Assembly (NCBI GenBank): GCA_965261025.1
Contig: OZ253438.1
Span: 1,380,001-1,412,000 of the forward strand
Origin: Chlamydiales bacterium
GTDB taxonomy: Bacteria; Chlamydiota; Chlamydiia; Chlamydiales; SM23-39
DNA: 32,000 nt
Direction: 5' to 3'
The position numbers and the translations under genes are program-made. Below the pieces are notes generated by a model that ran no database searches, was not told where the DNA came from, and worked only from the letters and a program-made list of their open reading frames with translations. Shown here piece after piece: positions 8,181-17,035 of this stretch. Position 1 is the stretch's first letter. Every line of letters starts with the position of its first letter.

Positions 8181-8214
8181 AAAGGGAAAGCCTTTTTTTC
8201 GAGACTTTCCCTTT
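8181..8214. terminator. Perfect 10-bp hairpin between convergent genes (possible bidirectional terminator)
   Basis: AAAGGGAAAG (8181-8190) pairs with CTTTCCCTTT (8205-8214) around a 14-nt loop. The flanking T-runs are weak, so its function is uncertain. Confidence 0.4.
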
Positions 8215-8238
8215 GTAGTACAGATGAAAGGAAGAGGT

Positions 8239-8625
8239 TTACTCGCTTTCGTCTCCGTTCCCCCCTCCTCTAGGGTCTGCTTGAGATGGCCTACCAGGTT
8301 TTCCAGAAGGTTTTCCACCAGTAGAGACAGGGTCTCCAGGAAAAGCAGATTTCTTAGAGGATGCCCCTGAAAAATGGTTTAATGCAGCGTTTGCTATCTT
8401 TTGAGCAGTCCAGAGGAGTGCTACTAAAGTTGCCGCAAGCCCTACAAAGGTAACGACTGAAGCTGTTTTAGGAAATTTTCTGGAGAGGCCTTCATGAAGT
8501 CCTGTCAAATTCTTAGAAGCTACCTTGAAAAGAGTGCAAGGTAAAGAAGCTAGTTTTCCAACGACTCCACAAGAAGAGGCTGTTGGGTTTGGACTGCTTA
8601 TTGTTGTTGTTGGTGAAACGCTCAT
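8239..8625 (-). CDS. Hypothetical protein with an S/T-rich N-terminus, one hydrophobic helix and a G/P-rich tail (orphan)
   Basis: This is the only long ORF in a 640-nt gap. It is visibly more GC-rich than its neighbours. It has a hydrophobic segment ASVVTFVGLAATLVALLWTA. No family is recognised, so whether it codes is not certain. Confidence 0.45.
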   Translation of the reverse strand: MSVSPTTTISSPNPTASSCGVVGKLASLPCTLFKVASKNLTGLHEGLSRKFPKTASVVTFVGLAATLVALLWTAQKIANAALNHFSGASSKKSAFPGDPVSTGGKPSGKPGRPSQADPRGGGNGDESE

Positions 8626-8713
8626 AAATACTCCTATAGGATAAAAGTTTAAAAATCTGCGAGAATCCTAGGGTTTTTTGAAAAATAAAGCAAATAAAAA
8701 AATAGTTAGCTCG

Positions 8714-8773
8714 TAGGGGATTTTTTGAGACTGTTTTAGGGATACCTTTTAAGTTTATAGGGATAGCTTTTAA
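8714..8773 (+). repeat. Phased direct repeats TAGGGATA(C/G)CTTTTAA upstream of prfB
   Basis: The 16-mer at 8737-8752 and the one at 8758-8773 are 15/16 identical and 21 nt apart. A degenerate third copy, TAGGGGATTTTTT, starts at 8714. They lie 47-106 nt upstream of the prfB ATG. Confidence 0.35.
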
Positions 8774-8819
8774 AAAATGAGGTAGGTTATTCTCTTGGAG
8801 AAAATAAAAGAGAAGTTTT

Positions 8820-9909
8820 ATGCAAGAAATTCGGGAAAAAATGCGAGCCTTAGAAAAAAGACTTTGTGAAATGCAGGGGTTTCTTTGACCTTTCTTCCAA
8901 AAAAGAGGAAATAGACTCGTTAAACCGAGAAATTGAGGAAAAAGCCTTTTGGGAAGAGCCTGAAAAGGCCAAGAAGATTCTTCAAAAGAAAAATCAGCTA
9001 TTAGGGTGGATCGAGCCTTTTGAGGAAATTACAAAAAGAATGGCTGATGTAAGAGAGATTCTGCCAGAAATAGAGGCAGAACAAGAAATAGAGCTTATTC
9101 AAGAGATTGTAAAAGAGCTAGATCAACTAGAGCAAAAACTGCAAGGATTGGAACTGAAAAAAATGCTTTCATCCGAAGTAGATGAAAAAGGGTGTTTTTT
9201 CAGTATCAATGCGGGAGCAGGAGGAACAGAGAGTTGCGATTGGGTAGCTATGCTTTCTCGTATGTATCTTCGTTGGGCAGAAAAAAAAAGATGGAAAGTT
9301 CAGGTTATAGATAGAATAGAAGGAGATACTGCTGGGATTAAGAGTATTACCTATCAGATAGAAGGGGACTTTGCTTATGGGTACTGCAAATCAGAAAAGG
9401 GAGTACATAGATTAGTTCGTATTTCTCCCTTTGATAGTGGAGCTAGAAGACATACTAGTTTTGCCTCAGTGGATGTATCCCCTATCGTGGAAGATATTCA
9501 AATAGAGATCAACCCAGAAGAGCTGAAAATCGATACCTACCGAGCTTCAGGAGCGGGGGGACAGCATGTAAATAAAACAGACTCGGCAGTGCGCCTTACC
9601 CACCTTCCTACGAAGATCGTTGTTTCTTGTCAAAAGGAGAGAAGTCAACTCCAAAATAAGGAAATAGCCTTTCGTCTTCTAAAGGGAAAGCTTTATGAAA
9701 AAAAAATAGAGGAAAGAGACAAAGAGTTTCAAAAACTCTCTGGAGAAAAAAAACAAATAGCGTGGGGATCTCAAATTCGAAGCTATGTGTTTCACCCCTA
9801 TACTTTAGTAAAGGATGAGAGGACAGAACAAAAAACAGGAAATATAGAAGCTGTGATGGATGGAGATATAGATCTTTTCGTTACAGCCTACTTGAAACGG
9901 TTTGGGTAA
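8820..9909 (+). CDS. prfB: Peptide chain release factor 2, expressed through a programmed +1 frameshift: join(8820..8885,8887..9909)
   Basis: Frame 0 from the ATG at 8820 encodes MQEIREKMRALEKRLCEMQGFL and then hits TGA at 8886. The +1 frame continues DLSSKKEEI through the RF2 SPF motif (VRISPFD) and GGQ (SGAGGQHVNKTDSAVRLTH). Confidence 0.92.
8874..8889 (+). promoter_or_regulatory. RF2 autoregulatory +1 frameshift site
   Basis: The sequence is CAGGGG TTT CTT TGA C. An internal SD-like AGGGG lies 3 nt before the slippery CTT, followed by an in-frame TGA and a C, as in E. coli prfB (AGGGGG TAT CTT TGA C). Confidence 0.9.
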
Positions 9910-10394
9910 TGGATTTTGATATTCGATTTTCGGAAGAAAAAGACGGGGTTTTTTTAAAGAAATGGCTTTTAAAACCAGGAGAGCTTTTTTGGTTTCCTAT
10001 GTCCAAAGAAAAGGAAGTAGAAGAGGTAGTAAAAAATTGGATGGGCTTTTCCCGTTTTAAAGCCAGTTTAACAGCAGAAGGAGAAAAACAGGTCTACGCA
10101 ATAGGGACTCTTTTCTTAATGCCTTATAGAAAGACAGCCCATCAGGCTCTTTTTTATCTCTTGGTAGGTCCTGAACATAGGAAGAAGGGAATCGGTTTTT
10201 CTATGGTAAAAAATCTAGTCAATTTAGCCAGAAAATATTTTCGTTTAGAAAGGCTACAAATAGAACTATACGAAGGTTCTCCTTTGATTTCTATCTTACA
10301 AAAACAAGAGTTTCGTCTTGTATTCACCCAGAAAAACTATGTAAAAGAAAAGGACTCTTTTCGAGCTAGGCTCTTTTGGGAGAAGGTTCTTTAA
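9909..10394 (+). CDS. GNAT-family N-acetyltransferase (paralogue 1)
   Basis: The acetyl-CoA motif A is HRKKGIGFSMVKNLVNLA (R/Q-x-x-G-x-G/A), in 161 aa. The ATG overlaps the prfB stop (TAATG). Confidence 0.75.
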   Translation: MDFDIRFSEEKDGVFLKKWLLKPGELFWFPMSKEKEVEEVVKNWMGFSRFKASLTAEGEKQVYAIGTLFLMPYRKTAHQALFYLLVGPEHRKKGIGFSMVKNLVNLARKYFRLERLQIELYEGSPLISILQKQEFRLVFTQKNYVKEKDSFRARLFWEKVL

Positions 10395-10886
10395 ATGGTC
10401 TCAAGCTTAAACATACGATTGGCTAAAGAAGAAGATAAACAGTATCTAACGGATTGGCTCATGGAGCCTGGTGTACTTGATTGGTTTCCCATGTGCAATT
10501 CAAGGGAAGTAGAAGATGCGGTTCGTCTCTGGCTCAGCTATATCCCTCAAAAATCAGTTTTTATGGCGGAAGTAGAAGGGAAACCCATAGGCTCTGCTAA
10601 TTTATATTTGCAGTCTTTTGAAAAACTCTCTCATCACAGCCTTTTTGCTATCATCGTAACTTCTTCTATGCGAGGAAAAGGAATTGGTACTGCTTTAATT
10701 CAAGAGCTTCTGTATCAGGCAAAAGAGGTGTTTCACCTCGTATTTCTGCATTTGGAAGTATATGAAGAAAATCCTGCTAGAAGGCTCTACGATAGAGTAG
10801 GATTTTCCGAGGTAGGTAGACAGCCTTGTTTCATTAAAAAGGAAGGAAAATATTACACGAAAATTTTGATGGAAAAATATCTTTAA
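10395..10886 (+). CDS. GNAT-family N-acetyltransferase (paralogue 2)
   Basis: Motif A is MRGKGIGTALIQELLYQA, with NPARRLYDRVGF downstream. It starts on the nucleotide right after the paralogue 1 stop. It shares an N-terminal motif with paralogue 1 (WL..PG.L.WFPM....EVE..V..W). Confidence 0.8.
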   Translation: MVSSLNIRLAKEEDKQYLTDWLMEPGVLDWFPMCNSREVEDAVRLWLSYIPQKSVFMAEVEGKPIGSANLYLQSFEKLSHHSLFAIIVTSSMRGKGIGTALIQELLYQAKEVFHLVFLHLEVYEENPARRLYDRVGFSEVGRQPCFIKKEGKYYTKILMEKYL

Positions 10887-10896
10887 AGGAGACTCT

Positions 10897-11610
10897 TTGG
10901 CAGGACACAGTAAATGGGCAAACATTAAGCATAGAAAAGAAAGAGCAGATAAAAAAAAGGGAAAAATCTTTTCTCGTGTCACAAAAGAACTTATTTCTGC
11001 AGTAAAGCAAGGAGGAGCCGATCCTAAAACTAATATAAAGCTGAGGACCGCTTTAGAAAAAGCAAAAGAAGTAAATCTTCCCCAAGAAAATATTAAGAGG
11101 AATATAGAAAAAGCTACCTCTTCTAGTACAGAGGATTTTTCCGAGCAAACTTATGAATTATACGGACATGCAGGGGTAGGGATTTTAGCAGAAGCGCTTA
11201 CTGATAATAAAAATAGAACTATCTCCGAATTGCGCGTTGCAATAAATAAGTGTGGAGGGAGTTTAGCCGAAGTAGGAGCGGTTTCTTACAATTTTGAAAA
11301 AAAGGGGATTCTCCGCCTTGCTAAAGAAAGAGAAGAAGAAGTTTTTGAAATAGCTTTAGAACTCTGTGTAGAAGACCTAGAAAAAGAGGAGGAAACTTTT
11401 TTTGTGATTACGAGTTATTTAGATCTTGTTTCCATAAAAGAAGGTTTTGAAAAAAAGGGGATAGTCGTCCTTTCTTCAGAAATTATGATGCTTCCCAAGC
11501 TTTTTATAGAATGCTCCCAGGAAGATTATGAAAAAAATAGCAAATTAATCGAATGGCTTGAAAACATTGACGATGTCGACACAGTTTTTCACAATATGAA
11601 GGAAATTTAA
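10897..11610 (+). CDS. yebC: YebC/PmpR (TACO1) family DNA-binding regulatory protein
   Basis: It has the invariant N-terminus MAGHSKWANIKHRK. The start is a TTG with an AAAGGAG RBS 5 nt upstream. The size is 237 aa. Confidence 0.9.
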   Translation: MAGHSKWANIKHRKERADKKKGKIFSRVTKELISAVKQGGADPKTNIKLRTALEKAKEVNLPQENIKRNIEKATSSSTEDFSEQTYELYGHAGVGILAEALTDNKNRTISELRVAINKCGGSLAEVGAVSYNFEKKGILRLAKEREEEVFEIALELCVEDLEKEEETFFVITSYLDLVSIKEGFEKKGIVVLSSEIMMLPKLFIECSQEDYEKNSKLIEWLENIDDVDTVFHNMKEI

Positions 11611-14462
11611 TCTTTTTTTGCTTCAAAACAGTGCTTTTCTATTTGGGTAATTCTGTCAAAGTCTTTAAAGATCAAAGGCTTATAAGTAAAGGGAGACTTT
11701 CCCTTCACCAAAAGAGCAAACCTTTTTGTGTTATTCTTTCCTAAAAGAGCTTGGCAAAAAGCTTGAAAATCTGAATAGGTAAGCTTTTCAAGAGCTTCTT
11801 TTATTTTCCCCAGCAACAGAAAATCTCCCTCATAGGAAAAGGCTAGCTTGGCATAAAGAGCGCCTTCTTCATGAAGGTTTTTATGGGGATTTTCTAGCTT
11901 GTGTAGAGCCGCTTTTTTGTTATTTAAAAATCTCTCTTCAGGAACTTGAATCAAAAAATTTCCTAAAAAATTTTCTAGAAAAAGCTCAAAGCGGAATAAA
12001 AGATCTAAAGGTTCATGAGACCCTGATTGCACTGCTAGGACCTGGTAGAGATTTTGTCCCCAGTTTTTCTTGACAGCAGAAACCGTATAGGCTGTTTTTT
12101 GCTCTGTTCGTAGCGCATGAAAAAAACTCTCTTGCAAAATAGTTCCTAAAACCGCAAAAGCAGCTTGCTGTTCTGCGGAGTTTTTTTCCGCTTCTATTAC
12201 AAGTAAAGTAGCGTTTCCGGGAAGAGCTACCGGTTTTTCTAAAAAACAGGGGCCTTCTTTTAAGGATACCGTGGTCAAAGGCGTGTGATATTTGAGGGGA
12301 AAAGCTTCATTTTTTATAATGTGGTGAACATCTAACCAAAGGCTTTCTGCTTGCTTTTGAGAGATATTTCCCAAGAGAAATGCCTCAATATACGCCTTTT
12401 TAAAGAGAATGTCTTGAAAAGCGCTGACCTCCTCATAAGAAAGTTTTTGTAAAACCGCTCTTTTTTCCTCAGGAGAAAAACTATCTCGGGAAAAAGAATT
12501 GTCTAAAAAATGAAACCCCTGGTCTAAAGCTGTCTCTTTTTCCTCGTTAACATAAAGATCGAAAAGAGTTTCTCGGTTTACTAAAAACTCTTCTTGCGTA
12601 AGAGAAGTATTTTTGCATTCTCGGAAAATTTTTTCTGTTAAAAGGGGCGCTTTTTCTGAAAAACCAGAAAGAGAAATATAGAGCTGGAGATTCTTTGCTT
12701 CAAAGCTAACGTTTAGTCCTGCTTTTCGTGCAGCATCTAAGGGAATTTCTAATCTTTTTATAAGAGCGCTGAGGAAAAAATCGAGAAGCACTTCAGATTT
12801 TGCAGAAGGAGTAATAGCAGCAGAGAGAACACGAAAGGAAAAAGCTATCTTGGGACTTTTATAAAGAGTATCTCCCTTATGATAGAGCCTGCCGTATTCA
12901 TTTTCAAAAAGTAGAGAAGGATCTACAGACTCGGTAGGAAGCAAGGTAAAGTCAGTAGGAGCAAAAAGGTTTCTACCAGGCACTTCTACTCTCGGATGTT
13001 CTTTTCCTTTTTTCCAACTCTCTAGCTGGGCCGAGGGAATTTTTTTTACGGCAAAAGATGCTTTAGACCAAACTTCTTTTTGATCTAAAAGACAGGGCAG
13101 AGACGAGGCCATCAGGTAGATTCGGAAATTATCGGGGGATAAAAATGCCAAAGCCTCGGATAGCTTCTTTTCAGAAGGTTTTTGGGAAAAAATTACGTCT
13201 TCTGGATAGGAAGAAAAAGGGCCTTCCAATATAGAAGAGGCATGTTCTAAAACTGCTACAATAGCTTTTGCTTTTCTCTCTTGATATTGGTAGCTAAGTT
13301 TTGCTAAATGTTCTTTTTCCTCCCAGAGGTAAAAGGGAAGGGGTCTTTTCTGGAAGGTTTTTAGTACCTGAAAGATTTTTTCTACTACAAGAAAGTGGTT
13401 CTTTACCCCCTTTTCTGTAAGATCTACATGAATGCTAAAAATGGCTCTAGAACTGGTTTTCTTAGAGATTCTAGCGTAGCACCCTTCTGCTAAAGCTTCC
13501 CGTTTCAAATCCTCTGCAAGACTTTTTTCGTGGATGTAATTGAAGGTATGAGCAATCAGGGTAAAAGGTTTTGTGGGATCTTCCAAAAAAGACTCGGGTA
13601 CTTCCCATTCCAGACGGAGCCATTTCAGGTTTTTTAAGGGTTCTATGTAGGTAATTGTGTTGGTATATTTTTTTTCAGAGCAGGATTTAGAAAATTCTTT
13701 TTTTCTCAAAAGAGGGGAGCGTATCGTGGAAAAGGAAGAAGAGACCTTTTCCTTTAAATCGGAAAGAGGAAGGGGAGAATAAACTGTAAGGTGCATCCAT
13801 TTAGGGCTATAATGGTCCTTGAAAAAAGTGTGCATATAAGTAGAATCGACCCCTTTCAAAGAATCTAATGTACCGCAGCTAAAGTGGGAAAAGGGATGAT
13901 TTTTTGGACTAGTTTCTTTAATCACTTGAAAAAAACGGAACTCATCCGATTCTTGTGCTCTTAAAAATTCCTCATGGACAGCATGGACCTCTTTTCCTAA
14001 GGCTTCTTTTGTAAAAAGGGGTTCTCTAAAGTGCTCTGCTAACCGAGATAGAGTCTCTTCGAAAAGCGCGTTCTGTATTGAGAAGAAATAGGCGGTGTGA
14101 TTCCCCTCCGTATAGGCATTAAAATCACCCCCATGATCGGAAATAAAGCGCGTTAAGGAATTATTCTCGGGGTGACTTTTGGTTCCTTGAAAGATCATGT
14201 GCTCCATAAAATGGGCAATACCAAGAGCTTCTTCAGGATCAGAAAAAGAGCCTACTTCTACAGTAAGTGCAAGAGAGGATTGAACCGCTTTTGGATCTGA
14301 AATGAGATAGACTTGCAGTCCATTTTCTAAAATTATCTTAGCGGTTTTTCTCTCTTTTAAGTAAAGACTAAGAGGAGAAAGAGAAAATGTATCCTCTACT
14401 TCTTGATAAGCTCCAGCAAAAAGAGAAGTAAACAGGGAGACAAGAGAAAGGAAGAACTTCAT
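11607..14462 (-). CDS. M16-family zinc metallopeptidase (insulinase/pitrilysin-like), secreted
   Basis: It has the inverted zinc motif HFMEHMIF (HxxEH) and an N-terminal signal-peptide-like MKFFLSLVSLFTSLFAGA. At 951 aa it is typical of pitrilysin-type enzymes. Confidence 0.85.
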   Translation of the reverse strand: MKFFLSLVSLFTSLFAGAYQEVEDTFSLSPLSLYLKERKTAKIILENGLQVYLISDPKAVQSSLALTVEVGSFSDPEEALGIAHFMEHMIFQGTKSHPENNSLTRFISDHGGDFNAYTEGNHTAYFFSIQNALFEETLSRLAEHFREPLFTKEALGKEVHAVHEEFLRAQESDEFRFFQVIKETSPKNHPFSHFSCGTLDSLKGVDSTYMHTFFKDHYSPKWMHLTVYSPLPLSDLKEKVSSSFSTIRSPLLRKKEFSKSCSEKKYTNTITYIEPLKNLKWLRLEWEVPESFLEDPTKPFTLIAHTFNYIHEKSLAEDLKREALAEGCYARISKKTSSRAIFSIHVDLTEKGVKNHFLVVEKIFQVLKTFQKRPLPFYLWEEKEHLAKLSYQYQERKAKAIVAVLEHASSILEGPFSSYPEDVIFSQKPSEKKLSEALAFLSPDNFRIYLMASSLPCLLDQKEVWSKASFAVKKIPSAQLESWKKGKEHPRVEVPGRNLFAPTDFTLLPTESVDPSLLFENEYGRLYHKGDTLYKSPKIAFSFRVLSAAITPSAKSEVLLDFFLSALIKRLEIPLDAARKAGLNVSFEAKNLQLYISLSGFSEKAPLLTEKIFRECKNTSLTQEEFLVNRETLFDLYVNEEKETALDQGFHFLDNSFSRDSFSPEEKRAVLQKLSYEEVSAFQDILFKKAYIEAFLLGNISQKQAESLWLDVHHIIKNEAFPLKYHTPLTTVSLKEGPCFLEKPVALPGNATLLVIEAEKNSAEQQAAFAVLGTILQESFFHALRTEQKTAYTVSAVKKNWGQNLYQVLAVQSGSHEPLDLLFRFELFLENFLGNFLIQVPEERFLNNKKAALHKLENPHKNLHEEGALYAKLAFSYEGDFLLLGKIKEALEKLTYSDFQAFCQALLGKNNTKRFALLVKGKSPFTYKPLIFKDFDRITQIEKHCFEAKKD

Positions 14463-14481
14463 TTTAAAAGAATAGACCCTT

Positions 14482-15495
14482 CTACAGTAGTTTTTCGTAT
14501 TCTTGTTTTACCACATCTGTAATAAATAATGCTCGATTTTTTCTTGCCTGTTGTTTGTTTACCCCTGTAAAGGCTTCCATAGAGATCTCTTCTGCAAAAC
14601 AAAGGCGGCAAAAAGAAAAATTGGCGTGCCTTATCTCACCGATTTCCTTTTGGATTGTGTCAGGAGGAGGTAAAACAGGGTGGGTGTAAAGCGCTAGGGG
14701 AAAAAAATGAACCCTCCTTTTAGCTTTTTTACTCATGAGATAAAACATTTCAATGCTTTGGGGATCAAAAGGGTCTGGAAAAACTTCTCCTTTTTTATCC
14801 CGGCGATCTCTTCCTCCAGAGGGGGCTACATAGATTGATTTTCCTCCTTCTGTAAAAAGAGAGCTAGTAAGACGCATAGTCAGTTGATTATGATATAGCT
14901 TCTTCTCCTTCAAGTGGGGAACGCAGTCTATATACTTTTTAGAGTAAATGCAAAGAAGGTCCCTTCCTAAGCTAAAAGGGATAGCAGCAGGGTCTGTAAC
15001 GACTCTTTCTCCTGCTACATAAATGGTATCCGAAGCTATTTTAGGAAACTCTTTTTGTAAGAGAAGGTCAATGATCTGAGGGTCTAATTCTGTCTGGTGG
15101 TTTGCTAGAAAAACTACACTTTCCTGTTTTTCTAAAAATGCATTGGCTTTTACCAGATTTTCTTTTCCTAAAACCCAAGATTTTTGGAAGTTGATTAAAG
15201 GTCTCGTAAAATCTAGACCAAACTGGTAATAATCAAAAGGTTCTCGGATTTTTTGGTGATAAGGTTCGAAAGCAGTAGAGGATTTTATCTGCTCCTGCAT
15301 TAAGGAGAAAAAAGTAGAAAAAATAGCCAATCTCTCCTCTTCTTTTAAGTGAGAAGAGGTTGCTTTTTTATACTCAAAATAGAAATTTCTTAAGATGGAG
15401 CTATTCTTAGAAGAGAGTTTTTTTTGGTGTTCCAAAGAATCTAAAGAAGTAAAGAGGGCTTTTTCCGCCTCGTTAACAAGATAGTTTTTCATCAT
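14482..15495 (-). CDS. Soluble plant-plastid-type (ATS1-like) glycerol-3-phosphate acyltransferase
   Basis: It has the H(x)4D acyltransferase motif in the context FLANHQTELDPQII plus YVAPSGGRDR, both characteristic of plastid GPAT and its chlamydial homologue. There are no TM segments. Confidence 0.8.
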   Translation of the reverse strand: MMKNYLVNEAEKALFTSLDSLEHQKKLSSKNSSILRNFYFEYKKATSSHLKEEERLAIFSTFFSLMQEQIKSSTAFEPYHQKIREPFDYYQFGLDFTRPLINFQKSWVLGKENLVKANAFLEKQESVVFLANHQTELDPQIIDLLLQKEFPKIASDTIYVAGERVVTDPAAIPFSLGRDLLCIYSKKYIDCVPHLKEKKLYHNQLTMRLTSSLFTEGGKSIYVAPSGGRDRRDKKGEVFPDPFDPQSIEMFYLMSKKAKRRVHFFPLALYTHPVLPPPDTIQKEIGEIRHANFSFCRLCFAEEISMEAFTGVNKQQARKNRALFITDVVKQEYEKLL

Positions 15496-17011
15496 TTAGA
15501 GTGGAAAAAAATTGATACTCATTTATGTGGAGTGTGTCATCTATTTCTACTTCCAAGTAGGCATTGGCTTTTGAGGCCATTTTTTCTAAAAAGGGCCTAT
15601 CTACCAGATTCAAGTATGTTTCAAGTTCTGGATGGATTTTTAAACGGAGCGCATATTGGTTGTTGTAGTGAATCAGTTTTTTTAAAGAACGCTCAATTTC
15701 GACAACAATGCTTTCATGATTTTTAATAGAGCCACTTCCATTGCAATAAGGACAAGGAGTTAAAAGAGTCTGAAGTAAAGATTCCCGATTTCTTTGACGG
15801 GTCATCTCCACAAGACCAAATTCACTCATCCCTAAAATGGTACATTTAGCATTATCTTCTCTCATGCACTCTTTTAGTTTTTCTAAGACTCTTCTTTGGT
15901 TTTTTCGATGGCGCATATCGATAAAATCGCAGATGATAAGACCTCCTAAGTTGCGGATTTTTATCTGTCTTGCGATCTCTTGGGCTGCCTCTAGGTTAAT
16001 ACGTACCAAACTCTCTTCTACATCAAGGGTTTTACTCTGTGAGCTTCTCCCGGAATTTACGTCAATGGTATGCATTGCTTCTGTTTTATCAAAAAAGAGA
16101 TATCCTCCGGAGTTTAGCCATACTTTTCGTTTCAAAGCCTTATCTAATTCTCTTTCTATGTTGAACCTTTCAAACATAGGCATTTTGTCTCGGTAAAACT
16201 CCATTTTCAGAGGGTGTTCTGTCTCATATTTTCGATAGAGTCTTTTACAAGTTTGATAGGTAGCGTAATCATCTATGAGAAGACGGTCTATCTTTTTATC
16301 AGCGGCTATTACAATAGCTCTTTTGATAAGATCTGTTTCTTCATAAAGCAGGGCAGCCCCTGTAGTTTTGTGAAAGCTCTCTACTATGGATTCCCAGGTT
16401 TTTAATAGATCTTGGGCCTCTTCTATTAAAACCTCAGTGGAAGCATTAGCACTGGCAGTTCTACAGATCAGGCCCATATTTTGAGGCATCTCAAAAGCAC
16501 GGATTAGCTGTTTGAGCTGATCTCTTAAAGCTCTATTTTCAATTTTTCGAGACACGCCCCTGTGGGGATTATTAGGGAGGAGCACTAGGTATCTTCCTGC
16601 TATAGAAATATTCGAAGTAAGGCGAGCCCCCTTTGTTCCAATGGGCTCTTTTACTACTTGTACTAAGACAGGCTGGTCAATTTTTAACACTTGAGAAATA
16701 TCTTGTACGGGAGATTTTTTATTGGAAGAGGTCTTCTCTTCCTCCATGTCAAAATCCATGTCAAAAAGCTCTTCAAACTTTTTAGTATTCTCCAAAATAT
16801 CGCTGATGTGAATAAAGCCGTTTTCCTCTTCTCGGATGTCAATAAAAGCAGATTGAATGTTATGAAGTATATTGGTAACCCTGCCTTTATAAATATTTCC
16901 CGTAATCTTTCTCGATTTTTTTCTTTCCACAACGAGGTCGTGAACTTGACCTTGTTTTAGGAAAACATACCGAATTTCTTTTGACTCTACATTTAAAAGA
17001 ATTTCTCGCAT
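15473..17011 (-). CDS. rng: Ribonuclease G/E family endoribonuclease
   Basis: It has an N-terminal S1 domain (GNIYKGRVTNILHNIQSAFIDI), the catalytic region TEAMHTIDVNSG, and IIICDFIDM-like LIICDFIDMRH. At 512 aa it is RNase G sized. Confidence 0.85.
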   Translation of the reverse strand: MREILLNVESKEIRYVFLKQGQVHDLVVERKKSRKITGNIYKGRVTNILHNIQSAFIDIREEENGFIHISDILENTKKFEELFDMDFDMEEEKTSSNKKSPVQDISQVLKIDQPVLVQVVKEPIGTKGARLTSNISIAGRYLVLLPNNPHRGVSRKIENRALRDQLKQLIRAFEMPQNMGLICRTASANASTEVLIEEAQDLLKTWESIVESFHKTTGAALLYEETDLIKRAIVIAADKKIDRLLIDDYATYQTCKRLYRKYETEHPLKMEFYRDKMPMFERFNIERELDKALKRKVWLNSGGYLFFDKTEAMHTIDVNSGRSSQSKTLDVEESLVRINLEAAQEIARQIKIRNLGGLIICDFIDMRHRKNQRRVLEKLKECMREDNAKCTILGMSEFGLVEMTRQRNRESLLQTLLTPCPYCNGSGSIKNHESIVVEIERSLKKLIHYNNQYALRLKIHPELETYLNLVDRPFLEKMASKANAYLEVEIDDTLHINEYQFFSTLNDEKLSC

Positions 17012-17035
17012 AAGCCTCTCTTAACTTCCCTCTTT

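Noticed and set aside
8866-8885. The GTG start at 8866 for RF2, as given in the ORF track.
   Set aside because: The upstream ATG at 8820 in frame 0, together with the canonical CTT-TGA-C frameshift site, explains the locus better. The 8866 start would remove the conserved RF2 N-terminus.
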